Assembly: GCA_031368215.1 (NCBI GenBank)
Contig: JANLRD010000135.1
Location: 11,805 to 75,804, forward strand
Source: Acidimicrobiia bacterium
GTDB taxonomy: Bacteria; Actinomycetota; Acidimicrobiia; Acidimicrobiales; JANYDT01
Length of the DNA stretch: 64,000 nt
Direction of reading: 5' to 3'
Shown here piece by piece: positions 10,070 to 18,564 of the stretch. The first letter of the stretch is position 1; each line of letters begins with the position of its first letter. A program made the position numbers and the translations under genes. The notes below the pieces were generated by a model. It worked only from the letters and a program-made list of their open reading frames with translations, was not told the DNA's origin and did no database searches.

Positions 10070-10975
10070 TCAGGCCGTGGCGTGGTACCCGGGGTCGGAC
10101 GGCCAGACCGGCCGGAGGACGTGCCACTGCGTTGGCTCCGCGGCGATCATCGCTTCCAACTCGTTCGCCACGAGCTGCGTGAGCGCGGCGATGTCGGCCC
10201 GGAGCTTGCCGCTCCGTTCGAACTGGATCGACGGCTTGATCACTCCTTCGACGTAGCCGTCTCGCTGATACACGACGTTCGGCACGATCGCCGCGCCGGT
10301 CCGCAACGACAGTGTCGCCGGGCCCGCCGGCATCGTGGTCTCCTCCCCGAAGAACCTGACGGGAACACCACCCCCTCCGAGATCGCGGTCACAGAGAAGC
10401 CCGACGACGCCGTTGCGGCGAAGGGTACCGACGAGTTCTGCACCGGTCAGCGGGTCGTCGAGGGCGAACACGCGCATGCGGTTCCTCGTCCGCTGCTCGG
10501 TGAACCACTCGAACAGCTCGGGCGGCTCCACCCGCTCCGCGACGGTCGTCAGTCCCCACCGGTGCGCCACCCAGGTGCCGCCGTAGTCCCACGCGCCGAC
10601 GTGCGGCATGGCCATGATCACACCGTTGCCGGCCTCGAGGGCGCGGTCCACGATCCCTGCGTCGGAGGCACGTATGCCGGCGTTGACCTCCGCCGTCGAC
10701 GCTCCGTTCATCCGCATCATGTCGACCCAGTAGCGAGCGTAGCTCTGAAAGACCTGCTCAACACGGCTGTTGAGCTCGCGGGGGGAGAGGCGACCTCCCG
10801 CCAAGCGCTGCTGATGGCGTGCCGCGATCGCACGTTGCGCCGGGGAGAAATGGGGCAGCGTCTGGCCGGCCGTCCACGCGAGGCCCACGGCCAGCGGGAC
10901 GGGCAGCACCCGGGCGACTCGCGCTGCGGCCCGATACGCCGGCGTGACGAGGCGCTGGGCCATGCCGTGGCGCAT
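10070..10975 (-). CDS. lysophospholipid (LpxL/HtrB-type) acyltransferase, PatA-like
   Basis: This is the 3' part of ORF 10070..11248. It has MAMPHVGAWDYGG (H-x4-D type box). The start is set at ATG 10975 (alternative 10963), just past the pgsA stop at 11002. Confidence 0.8.
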   Translation of the reverse strand: MRHGMAQRLVTPAYRAAARVARVLPVPLAVGLAWTAGQTLPHFSPAQRAIAARHQQRLAGGRLSPRELNSRVEQVFQSYARYWVDMMRMNGASTAEVNAGIRASDAGIVDRALEAGNGVIMAMPHVGAWDYGGTWVAHRWGLTTVAERVEPPELFEWFTEQRTRNRMRVFALDDPLTGAELVGTLRRNGVVGLLCDRDLGGGGVPVRFFGEETTMPAGPATLSLRTGAAIVPNVVYQRDGYVEGVIKPSIQFERSGKLRADIAALTQLVANELEAMIAAEPTQWHVLRPVWPSDPGYHATA

Positions 10976-11001
10976 CGGTGCGAACCCGCCGGAGCCGCCC
11001 G

Positions 11002-11808
11002 TCACTTGTTCGAGCGCTGCTTGACCCGCTCGCGCCATGCCTCGATGGACGCACCGACGCGGCGACCCCGCTCCTCGTTCCACGTCTTCCACGGGGACAC
11101 CACCGGCCGACGGTCGCCCGGCGTATCGCGCCCGCGTCGTCGTCGGGCCGTCTGCTCCTGGCGAAGCGCCCGCCTCGCGGCAGCGACTTCGGACCACACG
11201 ATCTTCTCCGGCTTCACCGGTGGCGGTGGTTTCTCGGCCTGGCGCCACACCTTCACGAACCGCTGTACCGCCGTGATCGAGACGAGTATGAGCATCACCC
11301 AGAGGATGCCGACGAGCAGCCTCGGGAACGCCAGACCGATGGCAAGGGCGATGATCCGCTCGGCCCTCTCCATCAGGCCGCCTTTGGCCGAGAACCCGTA
11401 GATCTCCGCCTTTGCGCGCTGATACGAGATCAGGGTGGACACGCCGAGCACGGCGAAGGCCAGCATCGCCAGCCGCCCGCCGTCACGCTCTTGGAGATAC
11501 CACCCGATGCCGCCGAGCAGGAACGCGTCGGTGACCCGGTCGGCCACAGAATCAAAGAACGCACCGCGGATGCTCGAGGTGTGCGACGCCTTCGCGACGG
11601 CGCCGTCGAAGAGGTCGGGAAGCGCGGACGCGATGAGCAGACTGAGACCCCACCGTGGGTGACCGGCGCCGACGACGACAGCCGTGGCCACCGACATGAC
11701 CAGGCCAACCGCCGTGAGATGGTCTGGAGTGACGCCGAGGCGGGCCAGTCCGCGGCCGATCGGCTTGACGGCCTTGTCGGTTACCGCCCGTGCGTAGCCA
11801 TCGAACAA
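11002..11808 (-). CDS. pgsA: CDP-alcohol phosphatidyltransferase (PgsA1-like phosphatidylinositol-phosphate synthase) with a basic C-terminal tail
   Basis: ORF 11002..11808. DLFDGAVAKASHTSSIRGAFFDSVADRVTD matches the D-x2-DG-x2-A...G-x3-D-x3-D motif. Several TM segments are present. Confidence 0.85.
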   Translation of the reverse strand: MFDGYARAVTDKAVKPIGRGLARLGVTPDHLTAVGLVMSVATAVVVGAGHPRWGLSLLIASALPDLFDGAVAKASHTSSIRGAFFDSVADRVTDAFLLGGIGWYLQERDGGRLAMLAFAVLGVSTLISYQRAKAEIYGFSAKGGLMERAERIIALAIGLAFPRLLVGILWVMLILVSITAVQRFVKVWRQAEKPPPPVKPEKIVWSEVAAARRALRQEQTARRRRGRDTPGDRRPVVSPWKTWNEERGRRVGASIEAWRERVKQRSNK

Positions 11809-11938
11809 CGAAACCCCTCCTGGCCAAGACCTGGGCCGGGCACGATCAGCCCGGCGAATTGCGCACGCAAAACCTAGCGCGACACCAACCGGGCGGCTCC
11901 CGCCGAGCGTGGCGAATTGGGCGTGCCCGACGGTCGGC

Positions 11939-12472
11939 TCAGACGTCGTCGTACTGCGACCAGTCCTCGGGGTTGTCCTCGACGAGTGTCGTCACGGTCG
12001 ATGCGTCGACGCCGTCGATGAGCACCAGCCCACGCTTGGTCGGCGGATTGTCGGCCGAGTACAGCAGGATTCGCCACGTCGGACGACTGAGGAGTCCGCG
12101 CCAGCCCAGTTGGGCCGAAGCGTGGCCGACCGGGAAACCCACTGCCTCCGACGCGGCCGCGAGGGCGTCGACATCGCGGACACCGAGGCGGGGACCGGCC
12201 AGCATCCCGTAGGCCCCGAGCAGAACGAGCGCCATGCCGCCGATCACGAACCCCCGGTTGGTCAGCGTGGGTGTACCGCGGCGACCCACCGCCCAGGCGA
12301 CCATGAGGAGCGTGCCGACCACGAAGTACATGGCAGCCGGGTAGCGCCTGCGGACGTTGTCCGGGAACTGATACGGGCCGATGTAGTCGTGGGCATCGAG
12401 ATCATCGGGGAGCTCGTCCCGCAACTCCTCGAGAGTCGGCTTCGGTTCCTTCTTGGCCATCAGGGGATCCAT
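11939..12472 (-). CDS. hypothetical membrane protein (two hydrophobic segments)
   Basis: ORF 11939..12472. Third codon positions are G/C-rich. Hydrophobic stretches: AAMYFVVGTLLMVAWAV and FVIGGMALVLLGAYGML. I recognise no family. Confidence 0.6.
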   Translation of the reverse strand: MDPLMAKKEPKPTLEELRDELPDDLDAHDYIGPYQFPDNVRRRYPAAMYFVVGTLLMVAWAVGRRGTPTLTNRGFVIGGMALVLLGAYGMLAGPRLGVRDVDALAAASEAVGFPVGHASAQLGWRGLLSRPTWRILLYSADNPPTKRGLVLIDGVDASTVTTLVEDNPEDWSQYDDV

Positions 12473-12553
12473 CGTACCGGGGCGGCCCGGCTAGCCGTTG
12501 GCCTGGTCGGTTTCCCGGCTCCGTCTGTCCGTCCGTGCGGTGCGGGTCGACGT

Positions 12554-12626
12554 TGCGGCTGGACACCTCCCAGCGCTGTTGGGAGGTGTCCAGCCCCCAT
12601 ATATGGGGGCAACCTCTCTCCCAACG
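12554..12626 (+). repeat. double-hairpin intergenic repeat, copy 1
   Basis: Sequence tgcggct ggACACCTCCCA gcgctgt TGGGAGGTGTcc a GCCCCCATATATGGGGGC AACCTCTCTCCCAACG. Hairpin 1 has a 12-bp stem. Hairpin 2 is an 18-nt perfect palindrome. The element ends 2 nt from the HIT stop codon. Confidence 0.85.
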
Positions 12627-12628
12627 CG

Positions 12629-13186
12629 TCACCAGGCGGCGCGGAGCTTTGACCAGGTGGTGGAGAGGGCTTCGGGGACGACTCGGGTTTCGGCGATGGC
12701 GGTCATGAAGTTGGTGTCGCCGTCCCAGCGGGGGAGCGCGTGGATGTGGAGGTGGCCGGGGATGCCCGCACCCGCCGCGCGTCCGAGGTTCGCTCCGACG
12801 TTGAGGCCGCCCGGGTTGTAGGCCCGGGTGATGGCGCCGGTGGCGTGACGGACGAGCGCCCACACCTCGGTGTGCTCAGCGTCGTTCAGTTCACCCAGGG
12901 AACCGACGTGGCGGATCGGCATCACCATCAGGTGACCGCTGGTGTAGGGATACGCGTTGAGGATCACGATGGCATCGTTTCCCCGATGCACGATGAGGTT
13001 CCTCTCGTCGGAATTGCCATCGCTGTCCGACCTCAGGATCCGGCAGAACACGCATTGGGCTTCGTCGCCCGCGACCAGTCCTGCTGCCGCGTGGGCGTCT
13101 TCCTCGGCCGCGACCTTCGTGATGTAGTCGCCCCGCCACGAGGCATCGAGCCGTCCGAGCGCCGGTGACGGATCGCCGGAGTTCAC
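12629..13186 (-). CDS. HIT-family nucleotide hydrolase/phosphorylase (Rv2613c-like)
   Basis: ORF 12629..13186. Motifs: CVFCRI, NAYPYTSGHLMVMP, histidine triad GHLHIHALPRW. It overlaps the thrS stop by 4 nt. Confidence 0.9.
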   Translation of the reverse strand: MNSGDPSPALGRLDASWRGDYITKVAAEEDAHAAAGLVAGDEAQCVFCRILRSDSDGNSDERNLIVHRGNDAIVILNAYPYTSGHLMVMPIRHVGSLGELNDAEHTEVWALVRHATGAITRAYNPGGLNVGANLGRAAGAGIPGHLHIHALPRWDGDTNFMTAIAETRVVPEALSTTWSKLRAAW

Positions 13187-15138
13187 GCGCGGGCCTCGAC
13201 CTCGGCGGTCACCGCGGCGATGAAGTCGCTGACTTTCACGCCGCGCTCGACGTCCTTGCCGCGGGCGTTCACGCCAACGCTCTGCGCGCTTACGTCATCG
13301 TCACCCACGACGAGCACGTAGGGGAGCTTCTCGAGCTTGGCCTTGCGGATGCGGGCACCCAACGGCTCGTCGGCACGGACGAGATCGGCACGTAGGCCTG
13401 CGGCGCGGCAATCCGCAGCAACGGACTCGGCGTAGGCGTCGTGTTCGTCGCGCACGCCGAGCACGCGAACCTGAACAGGCGCGAGCCAAGTGGGGAACGC
13501 GCCGGCGTAGTGCTCCAGCAGCACGCCGAAGAACCGCTCCACCGAACCCATGAGCGCGCGATGCAACATGATCGGACGCTTGCGGGTGTTGTCGGCCGCA
13601 ACGTATTCGAGGTCGAAGCGATCGGGCAGGTTGAAGTCGTATTGGATCGTCGACAGCTGCCACTGGCGTCCGATGGCATCGCGGACCTTCACGTCGATCT
13701 TCGGGCCGTAGAACGCCGCGCCGCCCTCGTCGACGGTGTAGGTCAGGCCCTCGTGTTCCATCGCCGCAACCAGCGCGGCGGTGGCGTCGGCCCAGCCGGC
13801 ATCGTCGCCGACGGACTTGTCGGGATCACGAGTTGCCAGCATGGCCTCGAAGTCGGTGAACCCGAACAGGCGCAGGATCTCGATCACGAAGTGCAGGAGC
13901 GAGATGATCTCCTCGGCTGCCTGCTCCTGGGCGCAGAAGATGTGGGCGTCGTCCTGGGTGAATCCACGGATGCGCATCAGACCGTGGAGGGTGCCGGCGC
14001 GTTCGTAGCGGTACACGGTGCCGAGCTCGAACAACCGCAAGGGCAGCTCGCGGTACGAGCGCTGACGCGACCGGAACACCAGGCAGTGCATCGGGCAGTT
14101 CATCGGCTTCGGGTAGTACGTCCCGTTGTCCATCTCCATCGGGGGGTACATGCCGTCCTTGTAGAACGACAGGTGTCCCGAGGTCTCGAACAGTCGGGCA
14201 TTCGCAAGGTGGGGGGTGTACGCGAACTCGTAGCCACCCGCGGCGTGGCGCGAGCGTGACTCGTCCTCCATGAGCTTGCGGATGATGGCGCCCTTCGGGT
14301 GCCACACTGCGAGTCCGCCGCCCAACTCGTGGGGAAAGCTGAGCAGGTCGAGCTCGACGGCCAGCTTGCGGTGGTCGCGCTTCTCGGCCTCTTCGAGTCG
14401 GGTGAGGTGCTCCTGGAGTGCCTTGTTCGACTCCCACGCGGTGCCGTAGATGCGCTGGAGCATCGGGCGCTTCTCGTCGCCGCGCCAATAGGCGCCGGCA
14501 ACTTTCATGAGCTTGAAGGAACCGAGTCGGCCAGTCGACGGCACGTGAGGGCCGCGGCAAAGGTCGACGAAGTCGTCGCGGTTGCGGTAGTAGCTGACGA
14601 TGGTGCCGCCCCCACCTTCGGCAGCGTCTTCCTTGCCGCCGACGCCCTTGATGATCTCGACCTTGAACGGCTGATCGGCGAACAGGGCGAGGCCTTCATC
14701 GAGGGGCAGCTCACCGCGGACAAACGGCTGGTTCTCCTGGACGATCTCGCTCATTCGGCCTTCGATGCGGGTCAGGTCGCTCTCCGTGAACCGGGCGCCG
14801 TCGGGCAACTCGAAGTCGTAATAGAAGCCGTTGTCGATGGCCGGACCGATGGCGTACTTGGCGCCCGGCCACAGATCACAGACGGCCTGCGCCAACACGT
14901 GGGCCGTCGAGTGACGCAGCACATGGCGGCCGTCGTCGGAATCCGCGGTCACGATGGCGACGGACGCACCGTCGGGGAGTTCCCGGTTCAGGTCGACGAC
15001 CTCGCCGTTCACCTTCCCGGCCAATGCCGCTTTGGCGAGCCGGGCACCGATCGAGGCTGCCAGATCAGCCGTCGTCGACCCGGTCGGCAGTTCTTTCGCG
15101 GAGCCGTCGGGAAGGGTGAGGGTGATCTGGTCAGACAT
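13183..15138 (-). CDS. thrS: threonine--tRNA ligase
   Basis: ORF 13183..15183. It has a TGS-like N-terminus (ITLTLPDGS), HSTAHVLAQA, class II motifs (FRSRQRSYRELPLR, GTVYRYE) and an anticodon domain. I prefer the ATG at 15138 (MSDQ). Confidence 0.95.
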   Translation of the reverse strand: MSDQITLTLPDGSAKELPTGSTTADLAASIGARLAKAALAGKVNGEVVDLNRELPDGASVAIVTADSDDGRHVLRHSTAHVLAQAVCDLWPGAKYAIGPAIDNGFYYDFELPDGARFTESDLTRIEGRMSEIVQENQPFVRGELPLDEGLALFADQPFKVEIIKGVGGKEDAAEGGGGTIVSYYRNRDDFVDLCRGPHVPSTGRLGSFKLMKVAGAYWRGDEKRPMLQRIYGTAWESNKALQEHLTRLEEAEKRDHRKLAVELDLLSFPHELGGGLAVWHPKGAIIRKLMEDESRSRHAAGGYEFAYTPHLANARLFETSGHLSFYKDGMYPPMEMDNGTYYPKPMNCPMHCLVFRSRQRSYRELPLRLFELGTVYRYERAGTLHGLMRIRGFTQDDAHIFCAQEQAAEEIISLLHFVIEILRLFGFTDFEAMLATRDPDKSVGDDAGWADATAALVAAMEHEGLTYTVDEGGAAFYGPKIDVKVRDAIGRQWQLSTIQYDFNLPDRFDLEYVAADNTRKRPIMLHRALMGSVERFFGVLLEHYAGAFPTWLAPVQVRVLGVRDEHDAYAESVAADCRAAGLRADLVRADEPLGARIRKAKLEKLPYVLVVGDDDVSAQSVGVNARGKDVERGVKVSDFIAAVTAEVEARA

Positions 15139-15402
15139 AGCAGCACAATCCTTGCGGGAGTCATGCGAGGCGAAGGCCCGCACATCGGCAGAGCCGTAGA
15201 GCCTAGGGCCACCCTCTCGGAGCCCCGGGGCACCTTTTTCCGGCGTGTTCTCGGCGCGCTCGCCCGGGCGACGGTCGGTTCAGCTGTCGTCCCGTCGGTC
15301 CATGTTCGACCTGACCTCAGGTCCGCTGCTCATCGAGGAACGACACTTTTCCGGTGAACCCGTCGGAGTTTGCGCCGATGCGGCGATACTCCATTAGTGG
15401 GA

Positions 15403-15921
15403 ATGGCCGTCGAGGAACCTGAGCACGGCGAGTCGCTGTTGCGGCTCTATGACGACGCTCTCCCGCGTGTGTTCGGCTACCTCCGGAACCGCTGCGAGTC
15501 CCACTCGGCCGCAGAGGAACTCACCAGCGAGACCTTCCTCGCAGCCGTTTCCCAGATCCGCAGGGGGGTGCTCGACGAAGTGACCATCGCTTGGCTCATC
15601 GGTATTGCCCGTCACAAGCTCCTCGATCACTGGCGGCGGGGTGACTCCCGAGCAACTGACTCGTTCGATCCGGCTCTACCACCGAACGACCCCGCGCTCC
15701 ACGAAGACCCCTGGGACGCCGTGCTCGACCAACACCGTGTCGCCGTCGTTCTCGCAGAGCTCGGCGCTCATCACCGCAGCGCCCTCACCCTGCGCTACGT
15801 CGACGGCCTTCCCGTCGCCGATGTCGCCGAAACACTCGGCCGGACGCTTCACGCCACCGAGGCGCTTCTCGTCCGCGCCCGCCTCGCGTTCCGCCGTCTC
15901 TACGAAGGGAGCGACCAATGA
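15403..15921 (+). CDS. ECF-type RNA polymerase sigma-70 family factor
   Basis: ORF 15370..15921. Region 2: LYDDALPRVFGYLRNR...AEELTSETFL. Region 4: ALTLRYVDGLPVADVAETLGRTLHATEALLVRAR. I prefer the ATG at 15403. Confidence 0.85.
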   Translation: MAVEEPEHGESLLRLYDDALPRVFGYLRNRCESHSAAEELTSETFLAAVSQIRRGVLDEVTIAWLIGIARHKLLDHWRRGDSRATDSFDPALPPNDPALHEDPWDAVLDQHRVAVVLAELGAHHRSALTLRYVDGLPVADVAETLGRTLHATEALLVRARLAFRRLYEGSDQ

Positions 15922-16865
15922 GTTCGGCATTTGACTCGCTTCGCCGGATCGACCTGCCCGGCCCGGTCGACACGCGCTTTGCGTCCGAACTGAAGCAGCG
16001 CGTTGGCGTCGCGCTTGGCCTGGACGACGCCAGCCCCAGTTCTCCACCTCCTCTTTCCGCCCCAGATCGGAGCACCATGTCCCCACAGATCGTTCCGCAA
16101 ACCATCACGCCGTATCTGTGCGTTCGCGATGGCCGTGCCGCGCTCGACTGGTACCGCACGTACTTCGGTGCCGCCGTGTCGAACGTCTTCGACACCGATG
16201 GCAAGGTCGGCCACGCCGAGCTCGAGTTCGGTGGAGCGGTGTTCTACCTCGCCGACGAATTCCCGGAGATCGGGTTCCTGGCGCCCACAACGGTTGGACC
16301 CGGACACTCGCATCTGATGGTTGTTCGTGTCGCTGATATCGATGGCATCGTCGCTCGTGCACTCCAAGGTGGCGCGTCGGCCACGCCGGTTGCGGAGGAG
16401 CACGGCAGTCGCAATTCGTCGGTGGTCGATCCCTACGGTCATCAATGGAAACTCGGTAGCCCCGTCGTATCGGCGGTCGAAGCCTCCTCCCGGCGAGCAC
16501 CATCGGAGCCGTACTACCTGACGCTCACGACCCCAGACGTCGAACGTGGAGCGGCGTTCTATGGAGCGGTCCTCGGGTGGGAGTTCAGTGAGCCGTTCAA
16601 CGGCGGACGCCACGTCGAGAACACCAAGACGCCGATCGGGATGCGGCCGCCGGTCAATCCCTTCAGCACGACCGCGCCAGGCGAGATCACCATGTGGTGG
16701 GTCGCCCGCGACTTCGATGCGGCGGTCCAGCGAGTCCGAGACGCCGGCGGTTCCGTCGAAAGTATGAACACCTACGACTCCGGTCGCGAGGCCGTGTGTC
16801 TTGACAACCAGGGCATCGAGTTCCGCCTCAGCGAACCGGCCCCCGGTTACGACGTGCAGCGCTGA
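15918..16865 (+). CDS. tandem VOC/glyoxalase (PhnB-like) domain protein, translationally coupled to the ECF sigma gene
   Basis: ORF 15918..16865. Its ATGA start overlaps the sigma stop. Two VOC-like halves: ITPYLCVRDGRAALDWY...HAELEFGG and YYLTLTTPDVERGAAFYGAVLGWEF. Confidence 0.75.
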   Translation: MSSAFDSLRRIDLPGPVDTRFASELKQRVGVALGLDDASPSSPPPLSAPDRSTMSPQIVPQTITPYLCVRDGRAALDWYRTYFGAAVSNVFDTDGKVGHAELEFGGAVFYLADEFPEIGFLAPTTVGPGHSHLMVVRVADIDGIVARALQGGASATPVAEEHGSRNSSVVDPYGHQWKLGSPVVSAVEASSRRAPSEPYYLTLTTPDVERGAAFYGAVLGWEFSEPFNGGRHVENTKTPIGMRPPVNPFSTTAPGEITMWWVARDFDAAVQRVRDAGGSVESMNTYDSGREAVCLDNQGIEFRLSEPAPGYDVQR

Positions 16866-16936
16866 GACCATATAACCCGGGTCATCCGCCAGGGCCGGAG
16901 AGCTTTGGCTCTCGTTGATTCCTTGCGGGTGATCGG

Positions 16937-17356
16937 TCAGAGGTCGAACGACTCGGCGAGGAGATCGCGGAGATCGTCGTCGAGGTCGGCCGGAGTCTCC
17001 AGGTTGGCGACGAACCACTTCGTCGCCGAGTCACGTCCGTTGGTCATCGGCTTGTTGCGGATCGTGCGATGGCGAACGTCGCGTCGCATCGGAAAGGTCA
17101 GCGCTAGCCAGGTTCGCTTCGACCGGAGCTGGATCCAGCTCGACGGTCGCTTGAAGAAGATGCCGACGGAGACCGGCTCGATCGTCTCCGGACCAAGCGT
17201 GTCGACGAACGCCCGGACCGCTTCGAAGATGGGGCGTTCGAAGGAGGGGCCGGACGAGAAGTACTCGTCGACCGTCATGGCGGGGGCGCACTCGTGCGAC
17301 TGACCCTTCCGTCGGAACGAGCGCCGACACGAGGTACAGGTCCACGGATCGGCCAT
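16937..17356 (-). CDS. small conserved protein, DUF5655-like with an N-terminal CxxC...HxC element
   Basis: This is the 3' part of ORF 16937..17488. The ATG at 17356 (MADPWTCTSCRRSFRRKGQSHEC) avoids overlapping the upstream mshC gene. The family assignment is tentative. Confidence 0.55.
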   Translation of the reverse strand: MADPWTCTSCRRSFRRKGQSHECAPAMTVDEYFSSGPSFERPIFEAVRAFVDTLGPETIEPVSVGIFFKRPSSWIQLRSKRTWLALTFPMRRDVRHRTIRNKPMTNGRDSATKWFVANLETPADLDDDLRDLLAESFDL

Positions 17357-17376
17357 GGGTGCCTCAGTCGGTAGCG

Positions 17377-18501
17377 CTACAGGACGACGCCGAGGAGAAG
17401 AGCCGCGGTCGACACGCCCTCGCCTCGTGCTGCGGCAGCATCGATCGCCGCCACGGCGCCCGGTGTGTCGAGATCGTTGTCGAGACACGCCCGCACCTCG
17501 GCGAGCGCACCGTCGCCCTCACCGGCTTCGCGCCACGTGGCAAGACGTGCTGCGCCGGTCGGGAGCAGATGGTCGAACCATTCCCACCCGTCGCGGTAGT
17601 GGTGCGCCACGATGATGAGACGGATCACCATCGGGTCATAGCCCTCGGCCGTCAAGTCGCTCACGTAGCGGAGGTTGCCGAGCGACTTCGACATCTTCAC
17701 GCCATCGAGCTTCACGTAGGACTGGTGCATCCAATGCCGGGCCAGCGGCTGCCCGGTCGCCGCCTCGGACTGGGCCGCCTCGCACTCGTGGTGGGGGAAG
17801 ATAAGGTCCTCGCCACCACCGTGCAGATCGAGCGTGGTGGTCCCCAGCTCACGCATGGACAACGCCGAACACTCGATGTGCCAACCCGGGCGGCCCGGAC
17901 CCCACAGCGACTCCCACGACGGCTCGTCGGGAAGAGACGGTTGCCAGAGGATGAAGTCGAGCGGATCGCGTTTGTTCGGGTCCTCGACGTTGCCGCCCCG
18001 CTCGGCCGCATAGGCCAGCATCTGCTCTCTGGAGTACCCGCTGATCTGGCCGAACTTCTCGAACGACGCCACGTCGAAGTACACCGCGCCGCCCGCCTGA
18101 TAGGCGTGGCCGCTCTGGAGCACCTTGTCGATGAAGCCCAGGATGTCGGGAATGGCGCTTGTCGCCCGCGGCTCCGACCATGACGCAAGCTGCCCGAGAA
18201 CCCGCATGTCCTCATCGAACTTGGCCACTTCCTCGGCGGCGAGATCGAGATAGTGCACGCCCTTCTCGCGCGCCTTCGCCAGGATCGAGTCGTCGACGTC
18301 GGTGATGTTGCGTACGCACCGGGTCTCGTGGCCGAGGTCTCGCAGCCGTCGCTGGAGCACGTCGTACGTGATGAAACAGGCGGCGTGACCGATATGGGTC
18401 GTGTCGTAGGGCGTGACTCCGCAGGTGTAGATCTTCACGATCGGGTCGGGTTCGAAAGGAACGACCGACCGGCGGGCGGTGTCATAGAGCTTCATCGGCA
18501 C
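17377..18501 (-). CDS. mshC: cysteine:1D-myo-inosityl-2-amino-2-deoxy-glucopyranoside ligase (MshC, CysRS paralog)
   Basis: ORF 17377..18501 (374 aa). Motifs: class I HIGH (TTHIGHA), KMSKS, GRPGWHIECSA, LIFPHHE, LDNDLDTPGAVAAID, C-terminal LLLGVVL. It appears collinear with my recalled (unverified) MshC sequence. The architecture and short length fit MshC rather than full-length CysRS. Confidence 0.8.
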   Translation of the reverse strand: MPMKLYDTARRSVVPFEPDPIVKIYTCGVTPYDTTHIGHAACFITYDVLQRRLRDLGHETRCVRNITDVDDSILAKAREKGVHYLDLAAEEVAKFDEDMRVLGQLASWSEPRATSAIPDILGFIDKVLQSGHAYQAGGAVYFDVASFEKFGQISGYSREQMLAYAAERGGNVEDPNKRDPLDFILWQPSLPDEPSWESLWGPGRPGWHIECSALSMRELGTTTLDLHGGGEDLIFPHHECEAAQSEAATGQPLARHWMHQSYVKLDGVKMSKSLGNLRYVSDLTAEGYDPMVIRLIIVAHHYRDGWEWFDHLLPTGAARLATWREAGEGDGALAEVRACLDNDLDTPGAVAAIDAAAARGEGVSTAALLLGVVL

Positions 18502-18564
18502 GGCGAACGTTCTAGACGACGGAAGGACGTTCGGCGGGCAGTGCGTCCTCGGCGCGGTCCTGGG

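Noticed and set aside
9521-11401. 626-aa ORF on the plus strand. Similar long ORFs occur at 48594..50240 (-), 59732..61279 (-), 57030..58451 (-), 19137..20231 (-) and 8106..8453 (+).
   Set aside because: All lie opposite well-supported genes (pimA/patA/pgsA, the threonine-synthase-like gene, the metal ABC genes, the OmpA-like gene, fabI). They show the Arg/Gly/Pro-rich composition of non-coding frames.
15337-15364. ECF-type promoter candidate GGAAC...CGTC upstream of the sigma factor gene
   Set aside because: The spacer between GGAAC (15337-15341) and CGTC (15361-15364) is 19 nt. That is longer than the 16-17 nt usual for ECF promoters, so I do not report it as a feature.
17377-18501. Interpreting the 374-aa CysRS-like gene as a truncated cysS whose C-terminus was moved to 62290..63567
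   Set aside because: End-to-end collinearity with MshC (including LDNDLDTPGAVAAID and the LLGVxL end) shows it is a normal mycothiol ligase, not a split CysRS.
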